A stretch of 62,918 nt of DNA, counting the filler, from Octopus bimaculoides (Eukaryota), in NCBI RefSeq assembly GCF_001194135.2. It is 5 parts of 5 records of this genome, joined end to end, with 100 filler letters (N's around TTAATTAATTAA, not from the genome) between each part and the next. Parts side by side here need not be neighbours in the genome. Positions count along the whole stretch, not along the records: positions 49,190 to 62,918 come from NC_068987.1; 4 more parts are not named here. One strand, given 5' to 3'. The notes below the pieces were generated by a model. That model saw only the letters and a program-made list of their open reading frames with translations. It searched no databases and had not been told where the DNA came from. A program made the translations under genes and the position numbers. Shown here in pieces: positions 49,784 through 62,270 of the stretch; positions within the stretch are counted from its first letter, which is position 1; the number at the start of each line of letters is the position of its first letter.

Positions 49784-50459
49784 CATATATGCATACCCAC
49801 AATATACATACATATATATATATATANNNNNNNNNNNNNNNNNNNNNNNNNNNNNNNNNNNNNNNNNNNNNNNNNNNNNNNNNNNNNNNNNNNNNNNNNN
49901 NNNNNNNNNNNNNNNNNNNNNNNNNNNNNNNNNNNNNNNNNNNNNNNNNNNNNNNNNNNNNNNNNNNNNNNNNNNNNNNNNNNNNNNNNNNNNNNNNNNN
50001 NNNNNNNNNNNNNNNNNNNNNNNNNNNNNNNNNNNNNNNNNNNNNNNNNNNNNNNNNNNNNNNNNNNNNNNNNNNNNNNNNNNNNNNNNNNNNNNNNNNN
50101 NNNNNNNNNNNNNNNNNNNNNNNNNNNNNNNNNNNNNNNNNNNNNNNNNNNNNNNNNNNNNNNNNNNNNNNNNNNNNNNNNNNNNNNNNNNNNNNNNNNN
50201 NNNNNNNNNNNNNNNNNNNNNNNNNNNNNNNNNNNNNNNNNNNNNNNNNNNNNNNNNNNNNNNNNNNNNNNNNNNNNNNNNNNNNNNNNNNNNNNNNNNN
50301 NNNNNNNNNNNNNNNNNNNNNNNNNNNNNNATATATATATATATATATATATACGTATATATATCACATATGCTCAAAATGCGCGTTTGTGTGTATATGG
50401 ACATATAAACGTCTCTCTCAAGTGAGAGAATGAGATGTACAGGAACTATATTAGGCTTC

Positions 50460-50960
50460 TTTTGTTAAAATCATATATGTCCCCATTCAGAGGATTTATG
50501 TTTGCCATAGTCGCATCGTTGGGATTTGGATATTATTTACTCTATCAGCGTTTTTTGGGAACCATGTACTGAAGGTGGCCGTCATTTGAAAGTTATGTGA
50601 AAGAGATTTCACAAAACCGTTAGCACATGTGTAACACTCGACGTTCTTTCTTCTGATATGCTTTATGATTTGTTGTATAACACTGGAATTAGCTTTTAAA
50701 TAACAAGGAAAGGACTGCAGAAAAACCAACCGCCTAATCGGCAAAGAAGTTTATGATATGTATATCATTGATATAGATGATATATCAATTCTGACTTAAG
50801 AATATTTGATGCGAGGATTCCAGTGAACTTGATTTTGACTAGAGATGGAGAACTATTTGCCATGTGGAATAATCATTGACACATTTCCATTGGTATCTTG
50901 TTTCCCAAAGGATACGCTACGTCTAACCTTTTTCCACGTCATTTCGTATTTACTGATATC
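50460..50960 (-). mobile_element. Decayed CR1/L2-type reverse-transcriptase fragment
   Basis: Minus frame SLESSHQIFLSQN*YIIYINDIHIINFFAD*AVGFS aligns with GVPQGSxLGPxLFIIYINDI...FADD. Confidence 0.55.
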
Positions 50961-51418
50961 AAATATATATATATATATATATATAGATAGATAAATTAAT
51001 TTCGTTATTTATGTACAGTTAAAAATATAGATCCATAGAAAGGTAAACGGTGTGATAGATAGATAGATAATGATAGACAGACTAGCAGCTAGATAGAGAA
51101 AGAGAGATAGAGGGAGGGGAGACAGAGAATGAAAATACAAACACATGTTCACAGAAAAAAAGGATCAAAAATATTAGAAAATGGATTGTATAGGAACGTA
51201 GAATATCCTGTGGGAATACACTGAAATGTTGATACATGCACGTAATATATGTAAATGTATATTTGCTTATTTATACGAACATTTGTATGTGTATATNNNN
51301 NNNNNNNNNNNNNNNNNNNNNNNNNNNNNNNNNNNNNNNNNNNNNNNNNNNNNNNNNNNNNNNNNNNNNNNNNNNNNNNNNNNNNNNNNNNNNNNNNNNN
51401 NNNNNNNNNNNNNNNNNN

Positions 51419-51483
<65 letters not shown>

Positions 51484-52399
51484 ATATAGCCATACACTTA
51501 TATGCAAGTATGTATATATGTATTTTTGTATGTATGTATGTATGTATGTATGTATGCATTTATGCTGCTCACATTTATACTTTGAAGCATTTCCTGTAAA
51601 CATCTTGTTTAACAAAACAGAAAAAACAGTATAAAACAAGAAATAAAACATATATACTAAAATTTCATTTCCAGATGTGAAAAGATCGGTGTCTTGCAAG
51701 GTTAGCAGTTCATACCTTTCATACGCATACAAACTGTAAGCACGTACCACAATAATGAAAGTAACATTTTCATATAGATAAACACGTAGTTTTACGAGAA
51801 ACCGGCATATACATATGTGTGTGTTTGTGTGTATGTGTGCATATATATATATATGTATATATGTGTGTATTTGTGTGTGTGTGCTTGTTTGTCTATGTGC
51901 GTGCTTGTGTTTGTGTGTATGGGTGTTTTTGTGTATGGGTATGTGTTTGCGCGTGTGTCTCCGTGCATGCTCTTCTATGGCCTCGTATGTTCTCGAAGTT
52001 TGTTTGATGAAAATAAATATATTTACAGATAGGTAACATCTGAAATATTTGCTTTAAATTGTAAGAACGTCTGTACACACGTGTCAGAAATACTCAAAAT
52101 ACTAATACACATAAACATACATATATATACATTTCAAGCTATAGATATGAATACATACATATATACATACACATATACATAAATACGTACACACATACGT
52201 ACATACAGAAAGACATACGCATAAATACACATCCATCCATACATACATACAACTACACGGTGTTTCATTGATTTATTTCAAAATCATTTCCAAATTTGCA
52301 TTGTTTCAACATTCAGGAAGCATTTTCTTGTAGAAACAACATGGCCCTAAACGAAAATAATTTATCATCATCGATCTAATACATGTGATAATAGTGATA

Positions 52400-55100
52400 T
52401 TTGTTTAAGAGTATTTCAATCTTTAAGAATTAAAATGCCTGAGAAATATTCCATATATGTCCTACATCGATGTCTAATAAATTTGCACGATCAGTTTGAG
52501 GACGTTTGGCCGATGATTTTCTCCGTGTCCTTTTTTATATTTGCTAATTTCTGTATGAAACTATGCAGCTCTATTTCACTGATTTAGAATCATGTGTCTC
52601 ATCGATCGTGAAAGAAATATTGATATTATCCTCAGGCAGCCACTGATCTATCGATTCCACTTATATATATGATATATTTTTTTCTTCTTTTTCTTTTTGG
52701 ACATGTACGAGAAATAACCAGATGTGTCTCTACTAAATTAATAACAGTTTATCATGATAGCGCGTTCGCTGCTTCTGGCATATCTAAAACTCACATGGCC
52801 TTGGAAGGTACAGAATCACTCTATTTTCTTGAAAGCCATACATGTTTAATTCTATATGATCTCTCTTAGTAAAATTACAGATGAGCATGAAGAAATGACA
52901 TTTCCAGTCGCAGAAAGTATAGCGTATTGTTTATATGTAAAGCGATTCACAAATTGAATTTCAATTCAAAATAACTTTTGGGGATTAGAAGATGCGTTGG
53001 CAGAGAGTATAGATTTGTATATGAATATCACTTTTGCTACTTCTGGGTAAATTTTTATATAATCTGTTTACGGACAGTACACTCTACAATAAATAGTTCA
53101 AATGCATTTTCTTTTAACGTATGACCCTTATGACGTGTTCTTAACTGCCAGTTGAAAGCCAATTTCTTTAAAAAATGGAAAGAGATTAGCATGGTGTTAT
53201 GACGAGGCTTTATAAGTAAAGTTTAAACACAGCTAGAATTTTGATATCGCGTACAATTCTTAAACTTTCTGCTGCTAGAATTTTCCTCTGAAATTCACCT
53301 CCGTTGCAATGCATGTTTTCATTGCATAAGATGTAGTGTTGATAATGATAAACTCACTATATCGTCCAGGGAACTACTAGAAATAACTGTAAAATATTCA
53401 CTACATGAAACCATACTAACCTGGAAAAAGGGAAGGCACATTAGATAATATATACCATGGATCTGAGAAGATGAGACAATGCCGATTTGAATGCTTGTTT
53501 TTTTTCCTATATGTTATTGGTTACAGCTGACCTGAAGAAGCAATCATAATATTTATTATTCGTTCTAAATGTTGACACAAGGCAGGCAATTTTGGGGGAT
53601 AGTGTGAGTCTATTATGTTGACTCAAGTACTTGAGTGATACTTTATTTCATCGACCGCAGAAGGTCAAAGGCAAAATTCACCTCTGTGGAACTAGAATTC
53701 TTTACATAAAGAACCTGAAGAAATGCCGTTAACCATGTTGCCCGGCGTGCTATATATTCTGCCAGATCACCACGTCGCAGGTAAATATTAAATATCAGTT
53801 TAAAATTTTTGCACAAGACCAGCAATTTCAAGGGAAGGAGAAAGTCCTTCAGATCGACCCCAATGTTCAATTGGTACTTATTTTATAAAGCCCTCAAAAA
53901 AGGAATTGCAAAGTCGATATTTGCGGCATTTTTACTCAGAACCTAAGGAACGAAAGGCCACGAAGCATTAAGCGATATGTGCAAACGATTCTGCTAGCTT
54001 ATCGCCTTGTATGAGAATATCCAATATTGGTTTCAGATTATGGCTCAAAATCAGCAATCTCAGTGGATCGATTAAATCGGTTACATCGAACATCGACTCT
54101 AGTGCTTGGACGGTACTTATTCTATTGACTTCGAAATAATGAAATGATAAGTGGAACCCGGCAAACATTGATGGACGAAATGCCGCTAGTATTTTGCCCG
54201 GCGTGCTAACAATTCTAGCAGCGCAACCCATTGAATATATTTAACGTAATTGTTTCTACTATCCTAAATATATTGCCGATATATAGTAATATAGCTAAAT
54301 ATATTTTGTGCATCTCCTTCTGCACCACACTCAGATCATACTAAACTTCATCTCTTGAGTATTTCACACATATCTCCGTTTTTTTATTAACTTCCTGTAA
54401 TCTGTTATCGTTTTAGATTGTGGTCCGAGCTATTGGAATATCGCCATACGTTAATGTGATGACCCTTTGACAAGTTACGATGATCTCTTGGTGAGAAGAC
54501 ATCCATATTCTGATCAACACTATTCACTAAATCATATTTCTGCAGTGATTGAGGATCCGAAACATAATTCAATTGAAGTGGCCGTATGTCACAGTTAGAA
54601 AGCATCAGAGTTTATATCCTCTTTCAAACAAAGCAAGGAAATATTGCAAAAATATCAATCATATATTTGGCCAGTTAGCAAGATTTGAAGGAAATGATGA
54701 AGATGTAAAGTCACATAAGTAATGCTGTTGCAACTTCGTGGGTTCGTTGAATAGAAAATCACAAGAATCTTTGAAGACATCATTCGTTGTGAAAAAGAAT
54801 ATAAGTTCGTAATGCAGCTGCGGCAGAGACAATTAGTGTCACGGGATTACACATTTACTTAAATATGACGTGATAATTATGAAAGCAAAACTAGAACGCA
54901 ACGGATTTATAGATTTTCAAATATTGGAAGTGAATTCGAAAATGGAATTGGCAAAGATACTTCGGCTATGTCAGATTTCATTTCCTGAATGTGTTCATAT
55001 CACCCCCATTTATAAATATGAAAATTGTATCACCTGTTGCTGACATTATTTGAACTGAAACTGTGAATGCTACAGTAAAATATGCATTTGCTTGATAAAA
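52400..55100 (-). mobile_element. Decayed RTE-type LINE ORF2 (APE end, RT, C-terminus), interrupted by three family A SINEs
   Basis: Minus frames in order: QILLTGQIYD*YFCN...INSDAF (cf. QxDYILV...SDHR); NCTRYQN...LAFNWQLRT (cf. NYRGI...QNGFR..RST); WLSRK*SDSVPSKAM*VLDMPEAANALS...LVET (cf. GFTL.K..S.R.PA..ITDLDFADDIALLS...VE); RRKSSAKRPQT...LLDIDVG (cf. GKRSRGRP.T...L..DTG). Alignment by eye. Confidence 0.5.
53560..54230 (-). mobile_element. Three tandem SINE family A copies
   Basis: aaaggcaaaattcacctctgtggaact (53670), ttgcaaagtcgatatttgcggcatttttactcagaac (53910), gaaatgccgctagtattttgcccggcgtgctaacaattctagcagcgc (54180). Confidence 0.7.
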
Positions 55101-55333
55101 ATGCCGTATTCTTTAAGCTCACACATAGAAAATGGGGTTTAAGAGGGATTAGAATAAGTTAGAGAGAGAGAGAGATTAGTCATATATAAACGGAAACTTC
55201 ACACATTTTGGATGATATATCACAGAAGTTCAATACGCTTGAACTTAAATAAATGGCAGATCGATCTCGTACACAAACAAAATCCCATATATGAATATAT
55301 TCAAACATAGATGCAAACTTACATACATACATG

Positions 55334-55384
<51 letters not shown>

Positions 55385-55415
55385 GTATACACACACATAC
55401 ACACACCCACACACA

Positions 55416-55461
<46 letters not shown>

Positions 55462-56399
55462 NNNNNNNNNNNNNNNNNNNNNNNNNNNNNNNNNNNNNNN
55501 NNNNNNNNNNNNNNNNNNNNNNNNNNNNNNNNNNNNNNNNNNNNNNNNNNNNNNNNNNNNNNNNNNNNNNNNNNNNNNNNNNNNNNNNNNNNNNNNNNNN
55601 NNNNNNNNNNNNNNNNNNNNNNNNNNNNNNNNNNNNNNNNNNNNNNNNNNNNNNNNNNNNNNNNNNNNNNNNNNNNNNNNNNNNNNNNNNNNNNNNNNNN
55701 NNNNNNNNNNNNNNNNNNNNNNNNNNNNNNNNNNNNNNNNNNNNNNNNNNNNNNNNNNNNNNNNNNNNNNNNNNNNNNNNNNNNNNNNNNNNNNNNNNNN
55801 NNNNNNNNNNNNNNNNNNNNNNNNNNNNNNNNNNNNNNNNNNNNNNNNNNNNNNNNNNNNNNNNNNNNNNNNNNNNNNNNNNNNNNNNNNNNNNNNNNNN
55901 NNNNNNNNNNNNNNNNNNNNNNNNNNNNTTCTTCTTCTTCTTCTTCTTCTTCTTCGTCTTCTTCTTCTTCTTCTTCTTCTTCTTCTTCTTCTTCTTCTCC
56001 TCTTCTTCTTCTTCTTCTTCTTCTTCTTCCTTCTTCCTCTCCTTCTTCTTCTTCTTCCTCTCCTTCTTCTTCTTCTTCTTCTTCTTCTTCTTCTTCCTTC
56101 TTCCTCCTCCTCTTCTTCTTCTCCTTTTCATATAGACGTCCGAACCTCGACTCACTAGTCGTTGACAATTTTGGCTTTTTTACAATATGTTGGCGTGTGT
56201 GTGTGTCTGTGTGTGTGTGTGTATGTATGTGTGTGTGTGTGTTTTCTTTTTTTTGATTTGCTAACGCTCTCTAACAAGATGTTGTCAACAGTTACAAACG
56301 ACAAGCGGCGCCAATTCGTAAAATACACGTTACGACAGAGAGAATGAATAAAGAACTGATATGTTTTTAAAATAATAGAAAATAATTAGGGTGATAGAC

Positions 56400-57240
56400 A
56401 AAACACTGTAATAATGAAAATTGCCACAACTTCTATAAAAACCTAAATAGGATAGGAAAAAACGAAAGTTCAGAAATTATGAAGCGAAAAGATAATATTC
56501 ATAACAATTCTGTAAGACGTTCCTCCAATGTATGAATATTAAGCTCCAGAAAACTTACTCTAAGAAGAATTACCATGAAAAACATAGCCTACGAAAAGCA
56601 ACACAAGAAATAATAATAGCAAAATGATAATAAAACACGAATAAAAATGATTTGAATATATATGCTGTTACTTATAATAGCAATATAAAATAAGTAACGA
56701 TATAAATATCAGGATAGATGCGTAAAGGAACGAAGAATACGATAAACCATTAGTTAAGACCCATAACCCAAGAAATAAACATAAAGAAAGTAACCCTCAA
56801 AACGGGAAAAATACGCACAGCATTATTACAATGGAAACAGCGAAAGATCCTGAAAATAAAAGCTGAAATTTCGCCCATGAAAATAAAAGTCCATTGACAA
56901 AAATTTGTAGATAAAAAAGTGTAATATATAGGTCCGGCAGAATTACTACTATATAAACTCTACGGAATATTATATAAAAAGAAGGATAGCCAACCATGAC
57001 ACAATTTTAAAGACAAGAGAAAAGAAGCTAACAGTAGTTTCCTTAGATTAATTTGGGCAAGTAGGGAATATACGCTGAGCTGGGAGGTAAATAAGCTGGT
57101 CAAATGTTACAGCGCTGGGAGCAAAACGTGTGATCACTGCAAACAGGATATTTGCCAGATCATTGCATCCAAGCACAAATTATCGACACTAAAAGAGAAT
57201 GAGGAAATTGTTGGCCACGAAACATTAAATATATACTTAA
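56400..57240 (+). mobile_element. Penelope-like element remnant (GIY-YIG region)
   Basis: Frames YINSTEYYIKRRIANHDTILK (cf. YIGxTExxFKxRxxNH..SF) and LIWASREYTLSWEVNKLVKCYSAGSKTCDHCKQDICQII...LKENEEIVGH (cf. IW...Y.I.W.I...A..Y..G.K.C.LCL.EK..I...LNKRSEI...CRH). Confidence 0.6.
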
Positions 57241-57401
57241 TAAATTCAAATAAATAAAATGAAATAGACATTCCGCTAAGAAATAAATATGCGTCTAATA
57301 AATCCAAATAAATATAATTAAATAACAATTGCAGTGTAGAAGGTGTTTATATGTCATTTAAAAACACAAAACCATTAGATTCACTTCAGCATTAAAATTT
57401 A

Positions 57402-57453
57402 ATTTGTCAAAATATTTTTGTCGCTTTGGAACCGCCACCTGTTCACTGACTAA
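57402..57453 (-). ncRNA. Minimal type I hammerhead-ribozyme motif, G3-C8 core variant; G12 mutated in this copy
   Basis: Minus strand: ttagtca-GTGAACA-g-gtggc-ggttccaaa-gcgac-AAA-aatatt-t-tgacaaa. Confidence 0.5.
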
Positions 57454-57466
57454 GTGTCGTGCTGTA

Positions 57467-57518
57467 TTTTGTTAGTGAACAGGTCGCGGTTTCAAAGAAA
57501 CGAAAATATTTTGACAAA
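57467..57518 (+). ncRNA. Minimal type I hammerhead-ribozyme motif, G3-C8 core variant; stem II damaged in this copy
   Basis: Plus strand: ttttgtta-GTGAACA-g-gtcgc-ggtttcaaa-gaaac-GAA-aatatt-t-tgacaaa. Confidence 0.5.
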
Positions 57519-58625
57519 TTAAATTTAAATGGCGAAGCGAATGTAACGGTTTTTGCCCGTATATAAATGGCTTATAAACACCGTCCACGCTGCATTTGTC
57601 TTTGTTTCGGTACAGGATCTCATATCAAGTAATTTGCTATGCAAGTACATCTTCGTAATAATTAGATATGTATTATGTGAATACATCAATATCTGGAGTT
57701 AACGATACTATAATGTTTATCAAATAAAATAATATATTTTGAAACACATAATATCAGCTGATATATCTAAATAAATAAATAACAATGATATAAAATAAAT
57801 GAGGCTTAGAGAGCTTTTATTATTCATAAGGATTATATATATACATATATACATATATATATATATANNNNNNNNNNNNNNNNNNNNNNNNNNNNNNNNN
57901 NNNNNNNNNNNNNNNNNNNNNNNNNNNNNNNNNNNNNNNNNNNNNNNNNNNNNNNNNNNNNNNNNNNNNNNNNNNNNNNNNNNNNNNNNNNNNNNNNNNN
58001 NNNNNNNNNNNNNNNNNNNNNNNNNNNNNNNNNNNNNNNNNNNNNNNNNNNNNNNNNNNNNNNNNNNNNNNNNNNNNNNNNNNNNNNNNNNNNNNNNNNN
58101 NNNNNNNNNNNNNNNNNNNNNNNNNNNNNNNNNNNNNNNNNNNNNNNNNNNNNNNNNNNNNNNNNNNNNNNNNNNNNNNNNNNNNNNNNNNNNNNNNNNN
58201 NNNNNNNNNNNNNNNNNNNNNNNNNNNNNNNNNNNNNNNNNNNNNNNNNNNNNNNNNNNNNNNNNNNNNNNNNNNNNNNNNNNNNNNNNNNNNNNNNNNN
58301 NNNNNNNNNNNNNNNNNNNNNNNNNNNNNNNNNNNNNNNNNNNNNNNNNNNNNNNNNNNNNNNNNNNNNNNNNNNNNNNNNNNNNNNNNNNNNNNNNNNN
58401 NNNNNNNNNNNNNNNNNNNNNNNNNNNNNNNNNNNNNNNNNNNNNNNNNNNNNNNNNNNNNNNNNNNNNNNNNNNNNNNNNNNNNNNNNNNNNNNNNNNN
58501 NNNNNNNNNNNNNNNNNNNNNNNNNNNNNNNNNNNNNNNNNNNNNNNNNNNNNNNNNNNNNNNNNNNNNNNNNNNNNNNNNNNNNNNNNNNNNNNNNNNN
58601 NNNNNNNNNNNNNNNNNNNNNNNNN

Positions 58626-58689
<64 letters not shown>

Positions 58690-61140
58690 TATACAAGCTG
58701 CTATTTAGTCTGTAATGAACTCTCCATCCATTAGGATGTAAATGAATATATGTCAATGTTATCCAAAATTCATAATGCAATTTTTAATTGTAGAAACGTG
58801 CGTAGTTGACATGAACCTGACTATTATATAAATAAATTGGTTACTGTGTTGACACTCTCCATTTTCTTCATATTATATTATGCACACACACACGTGGGTG
58901 TATGTGTGTGTGTGTGTGTGTGCGCGCGCACGCATGCATGTATTCGTGTCTTTGTGTTTCTGTGAAACAACAATTTTAACAAAAGGAGTTGGTTTCTCTA
59001 CATCCCCAACCGATTGGAAAAACAGATTGGTTGGGAGTCGATTTGCTAAAATAAATAACTCCAGGTGTTACTCCAGCAGGGTCACAATGCAATGAATAAA
59101 CAAGAATAATGCAAAAGGATATTCCTATTAATGTAAAGGAAAACAGCTCCGCATAGAAATCTTCATTGTACAAAGTTCGTAAAAGATTTCTCGAAAAATG
59201 AAAATTTATGTTCTGAATAGAGGAAAAAAAAAACAAGTTGAAAACTAAAGCTGAACTTTTTAAAACTGAAATAGGTTTACGCTCGAACTTTCTTATATAT
59301 TGGTCAAGTAGAATGTAAAATAAAATAATACAAAAGTTACGACCTATATACATTTAAAACATATATACACATGGCTATATGGAGGGCAGCACTCAAAACT
59401 GGACGATGAAATCGTTTTTTCTATGTAGATGTAATGATAACATAAAATATATTATCCGGAAATTTGACAGCCGTGACGCAAGTATTGTTATATATATAAC
59501 CTAGTGTCAGGGTTTAAGCATCAGACACATAAACATATACACCCAGTAAAAGAATGTATTGACACCCTAATACATATACGTACAGAAAGTTACAGACACA
59601 CAGACACAAACACCCACCCACACACACACACACATATATCAGTAACACATATGTATGTATTTATACCTGTTTCTAAGTATATATATNNNNNNNNNNNNNN
59701 NNNNNNNNNNNNNNNNNNNNNNNNNNNNNNNNNNNNNNNNNNNNNNNNNNNNNNNNNNNNNNNNNNNNNNNNNNNNNNNNNNNNNNNNNNNNNNNNNNNN
59801 NNNNNNNNNNNNNNNNNNNNNNNNNNNNNNNNNNNNNNNNNNNNNNNNNNNNNNNNNNNNNNNNNNNNNNNNNNNNNNNNNNNNNNNNNNNNNNNNNNNN
59901 NNNNNNNNNNNNNNNNNNNNNNNNNNNNNNNNNNNNNNNNNNNNNNNNNNNNNNNNNNNNNNNNNNNNNNNNNNNNNNNNNNNNNNNNNNNNNNNNNNNN
60001 NNNNNNNNNNNNNNNNNNNNNNNNNNNNNNNNNNNNNNNNNNNNNNNNNNNNNNNNNNNNNNNNNNNNNNNNNNNNNNNNNNNNNNNNNNNNNNNNNNNN
60101 NNNNNNNNNNNNNNNNNNNNNNNNNNNNNNNNNNNNNNNNNNNNNNNNNNNNNNNNNNNNNNNNNNNNNNNNNNNNNNNNNNNNNNNNNNNNNNNNNNNN
60201 NNNNNNNNNNNNNNNNNNNNNNNNNNNNNNNNNNNNNNNNNNNNNNNNNNNNNNNNNNNNNNNNNNNNNNNNNNNNNNNNNNNNNNNNNNNNNNNNNNNN
60301 NNNNNNNNNNNNNNNNNNNNNNNNNNNNNNNNNNNNNNNNNNNNNNNNNNNNNNNNNNNNNNNNNNNNNNNNNNNNNNNNNNNNNNNNNNNNNNNNNNNN
60401 NNNNTATATATATATATATATATATATTAGATTCAATTTCAGCATGTTTCTCCAACTTACAGGGGATATCATCGATTTTTGCAACACATATTTCTGGGCA
60501 TCCAAGCACGATTTTATAATGCATATACAGCTATACGAAGTGAACAAATAAGTGTTTTGACACGAAATTTCTGTATTTGGATATGTATATGTTAATTTTC
60601 AATTATGAATGTCTATATTTTACAGTTTTCTTGTGGGATTCAAATAAAAATCTCAATATATTTGCAAATATTTGCAGACAGTTCATCTACGAAAGCATGA
60701 CAGGATTTCATGGTAGTAGATTTAGCTATGCTATATGCATAAAATCGCTCGCATATAAGCAAATACTCACACAAATGTAGACACATACACCCATACATAG
60801 TTACACACACACACACACACTCTCACGCAAACATACATTCCTGCACACGCACATCACACTGACACTCGCACACTCATACGCAAGCACCCACACACAAAGG
60901 CAAGTACACACAGAAACACGCATACATATATATGTATTTACATATACCTATGGCTATTCAAACATATAGGTATATGTTTTTTTTAGAAATCTATGTAAAT
61001 TAGCACACACACACGCACACATTCATGAATTCCAAGTTTATTGTCTCTTCATATTCAGGCGCTGTTTTCATTTTTCAATAATTATTTTCTGTTTATTTAC
61101 CCTTTGTTGAATAGAAATTGTTTCCTTTCATAGGTAGTAC

Positions 61141-61528
61141 AGGTGCAATGGCCCAGTGGTTAGGGCAGCGGACTCGCGATCATAGGATCGCGGTTTCGAT
61201 TCCCAAACCGGGCGTTGTGAGTGTTTATTGAGCGAAAACACCTAAAGCTCCACGAGGCTCAGGCAGGGGATGGTGGCGAACCCTGCTGTACTCGTCCACC
61301 ACAACTTTCTCTCACTCTTACTTCCTGTTTCTGTTGTGCCTGTAATTCAAAGGGTCAGCCTTGTCACACTGTGTTACGCTGTATATCACCGAGAACTACG
61401 TTAAGGGTACACGTGTCTGTGGAGTGCTCAGCCACTTGCACGTTAATCTCACGAGCAGGCTGTTCCGTTGATCGGATCAACTGGAACCCTCGACGTCGTA
61501 AGCGACGGAGTGCCAACAACAACACCAA
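61141..61528 (+). mobile_element. SINE family C, full length with a 13-bp target-site duplication
   Basis: tRNA-like head ggcccagtggttagggcagcggactcgcgatcataggatcgcggtttcgattccc; tail ...gacggagtgccaacaacaac. cctttcataggta lies at 61124-61136 and 61529-61541. Confidence 0.9.
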
Positions 61529-61639
61529 CCTTTCATAGGTAAATGGGGATGTCATTCATGTATAGCTACTGATTTCCCATTCATCTCTCTCTCCCTGTGT
61601 TCACTTAACAGGATTTGTCTATACCTTGGAAAACGGATT

Positions 61640-62020
61640 TGTTCCCAATGCAGTGTTCGTCTCCGACTGAGGAACATCCTAGCTGTATCCTCATCTTGTA
61701 CAAATCATCTCATAAATTGGATTTTCGAAGGCACAGGTGAGATCGGTCGTAATTATGAATCTCTGTCCTTGTTTAATATAGAATTCCAAACGTTCGAGTA
61801 AGTTGGTCTATGTCCAACAGTTTGGGCGCCCACAACCTTTAATTTTTAGATCTCATGTTAGGTGTAATTTCACACATTTTAGTGATTTAGGTTGTTTTTA
61901 GATTTGATGTATCTGTGTGTTTCTAGAATGTGGTTCATATTAGGGTCCATAGTGCGCATAGGTAAATTTAGAATAATAGTGTTATATACATCATTGTTTC
62001 TAGGGTTGTGTGTCGAAATA
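61640..62020 (-). mobile_element. Penelope-like remnant: linker and N-terminal GIY-YIG region
   Basis: Minus frames YISTHNPRNNDVYNTIILNLPMRTMDPNMNHILETHRYIKSK and GCGRPNCWT*TNLLERLEFYIKQGQRFIITTDLTCAFENPIYEMIC (cf. CGRPNCxTC...FxIxxxxTCxSxNxIYxIxC). Confidence 0.75.
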
Positions 62021-62029
62021 TAGATGAAC

Positions 62030-62270
62030 AGGCGATGCGAGTTCAGCCCAGGTGTAGCAAAGGAGCGAAGAGAGAAGATTAATCCCTGTTCACGGCACAA
62101 ATATGTGTCCTGATGGCCCCTTTGCAAGGACAATCACAGACAGGTATTGCAAAGAGTGACCGGTAGAGCGCAAATGGCGTGAAACTGGGGTATCATTGCC
62201 AAGTCGGATGTCTCGGAGGTGTTCCGCGAACCGGTCAGCTAAGCGGCGTCTCGTTTGCCCATATATCTGT
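62030..62270 (-). mobile_element. Penelope-like GIY-YIG endonuclease fragment (second element)
   Basis: IYGQTRRRLADRFAEHLRDIRLGNDTPVSRHLRSTGHS and REQGLIFSLRSFATPGLN. Confidence 0.85.

Larger units (their letters stand above)
57325..57655. mobile_element. Foldback (inverted terminal-repeat pair), arms about 130 bp around a 13-20 bp spacer; probably Penelope-associated
   Basis: 57325-57453 is the reverse complement of 57467-57599 with scattered substitutions. The right arm continues to 57655 and matches 1600-1755. Confidence 0.85.

Noticed and set aside
50495-50600. Hydrophobic frames RIVGIWILFTLSAFFGNHVL (GPCR TM1-like) and GFMFAIVASLGFGYYLLY (possible MFS last exon)
   Set aside because: Short, interrupted by stops, and antisense to a CR1/L2 RT fossil (IIYINDI...FAD).
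54417-55000. Long plus-strand frame with scattered stops (DCGPSYWN...), suggesting a pseudogene
   Set aside because: Better explained as the antisense of an RTE-type LINE remnant.
61145-61215. tRNA-like sequences (also 13751, 16460-16530, 19847, 23113, 47944)
   Set aside because: These are SINE heads: A/B boxes are present but cloverleaf pairing is incomplete and each continues into a SINE body or tail.
61610-61737. Exon-like segment ttaacag|GATTTGTC...GCACAG|gtgaga open in two frames
   Set aside because: The opposite strand is a recognisable Penelope GIY-YIG region (CGRPNC...LTCAFENPIY).
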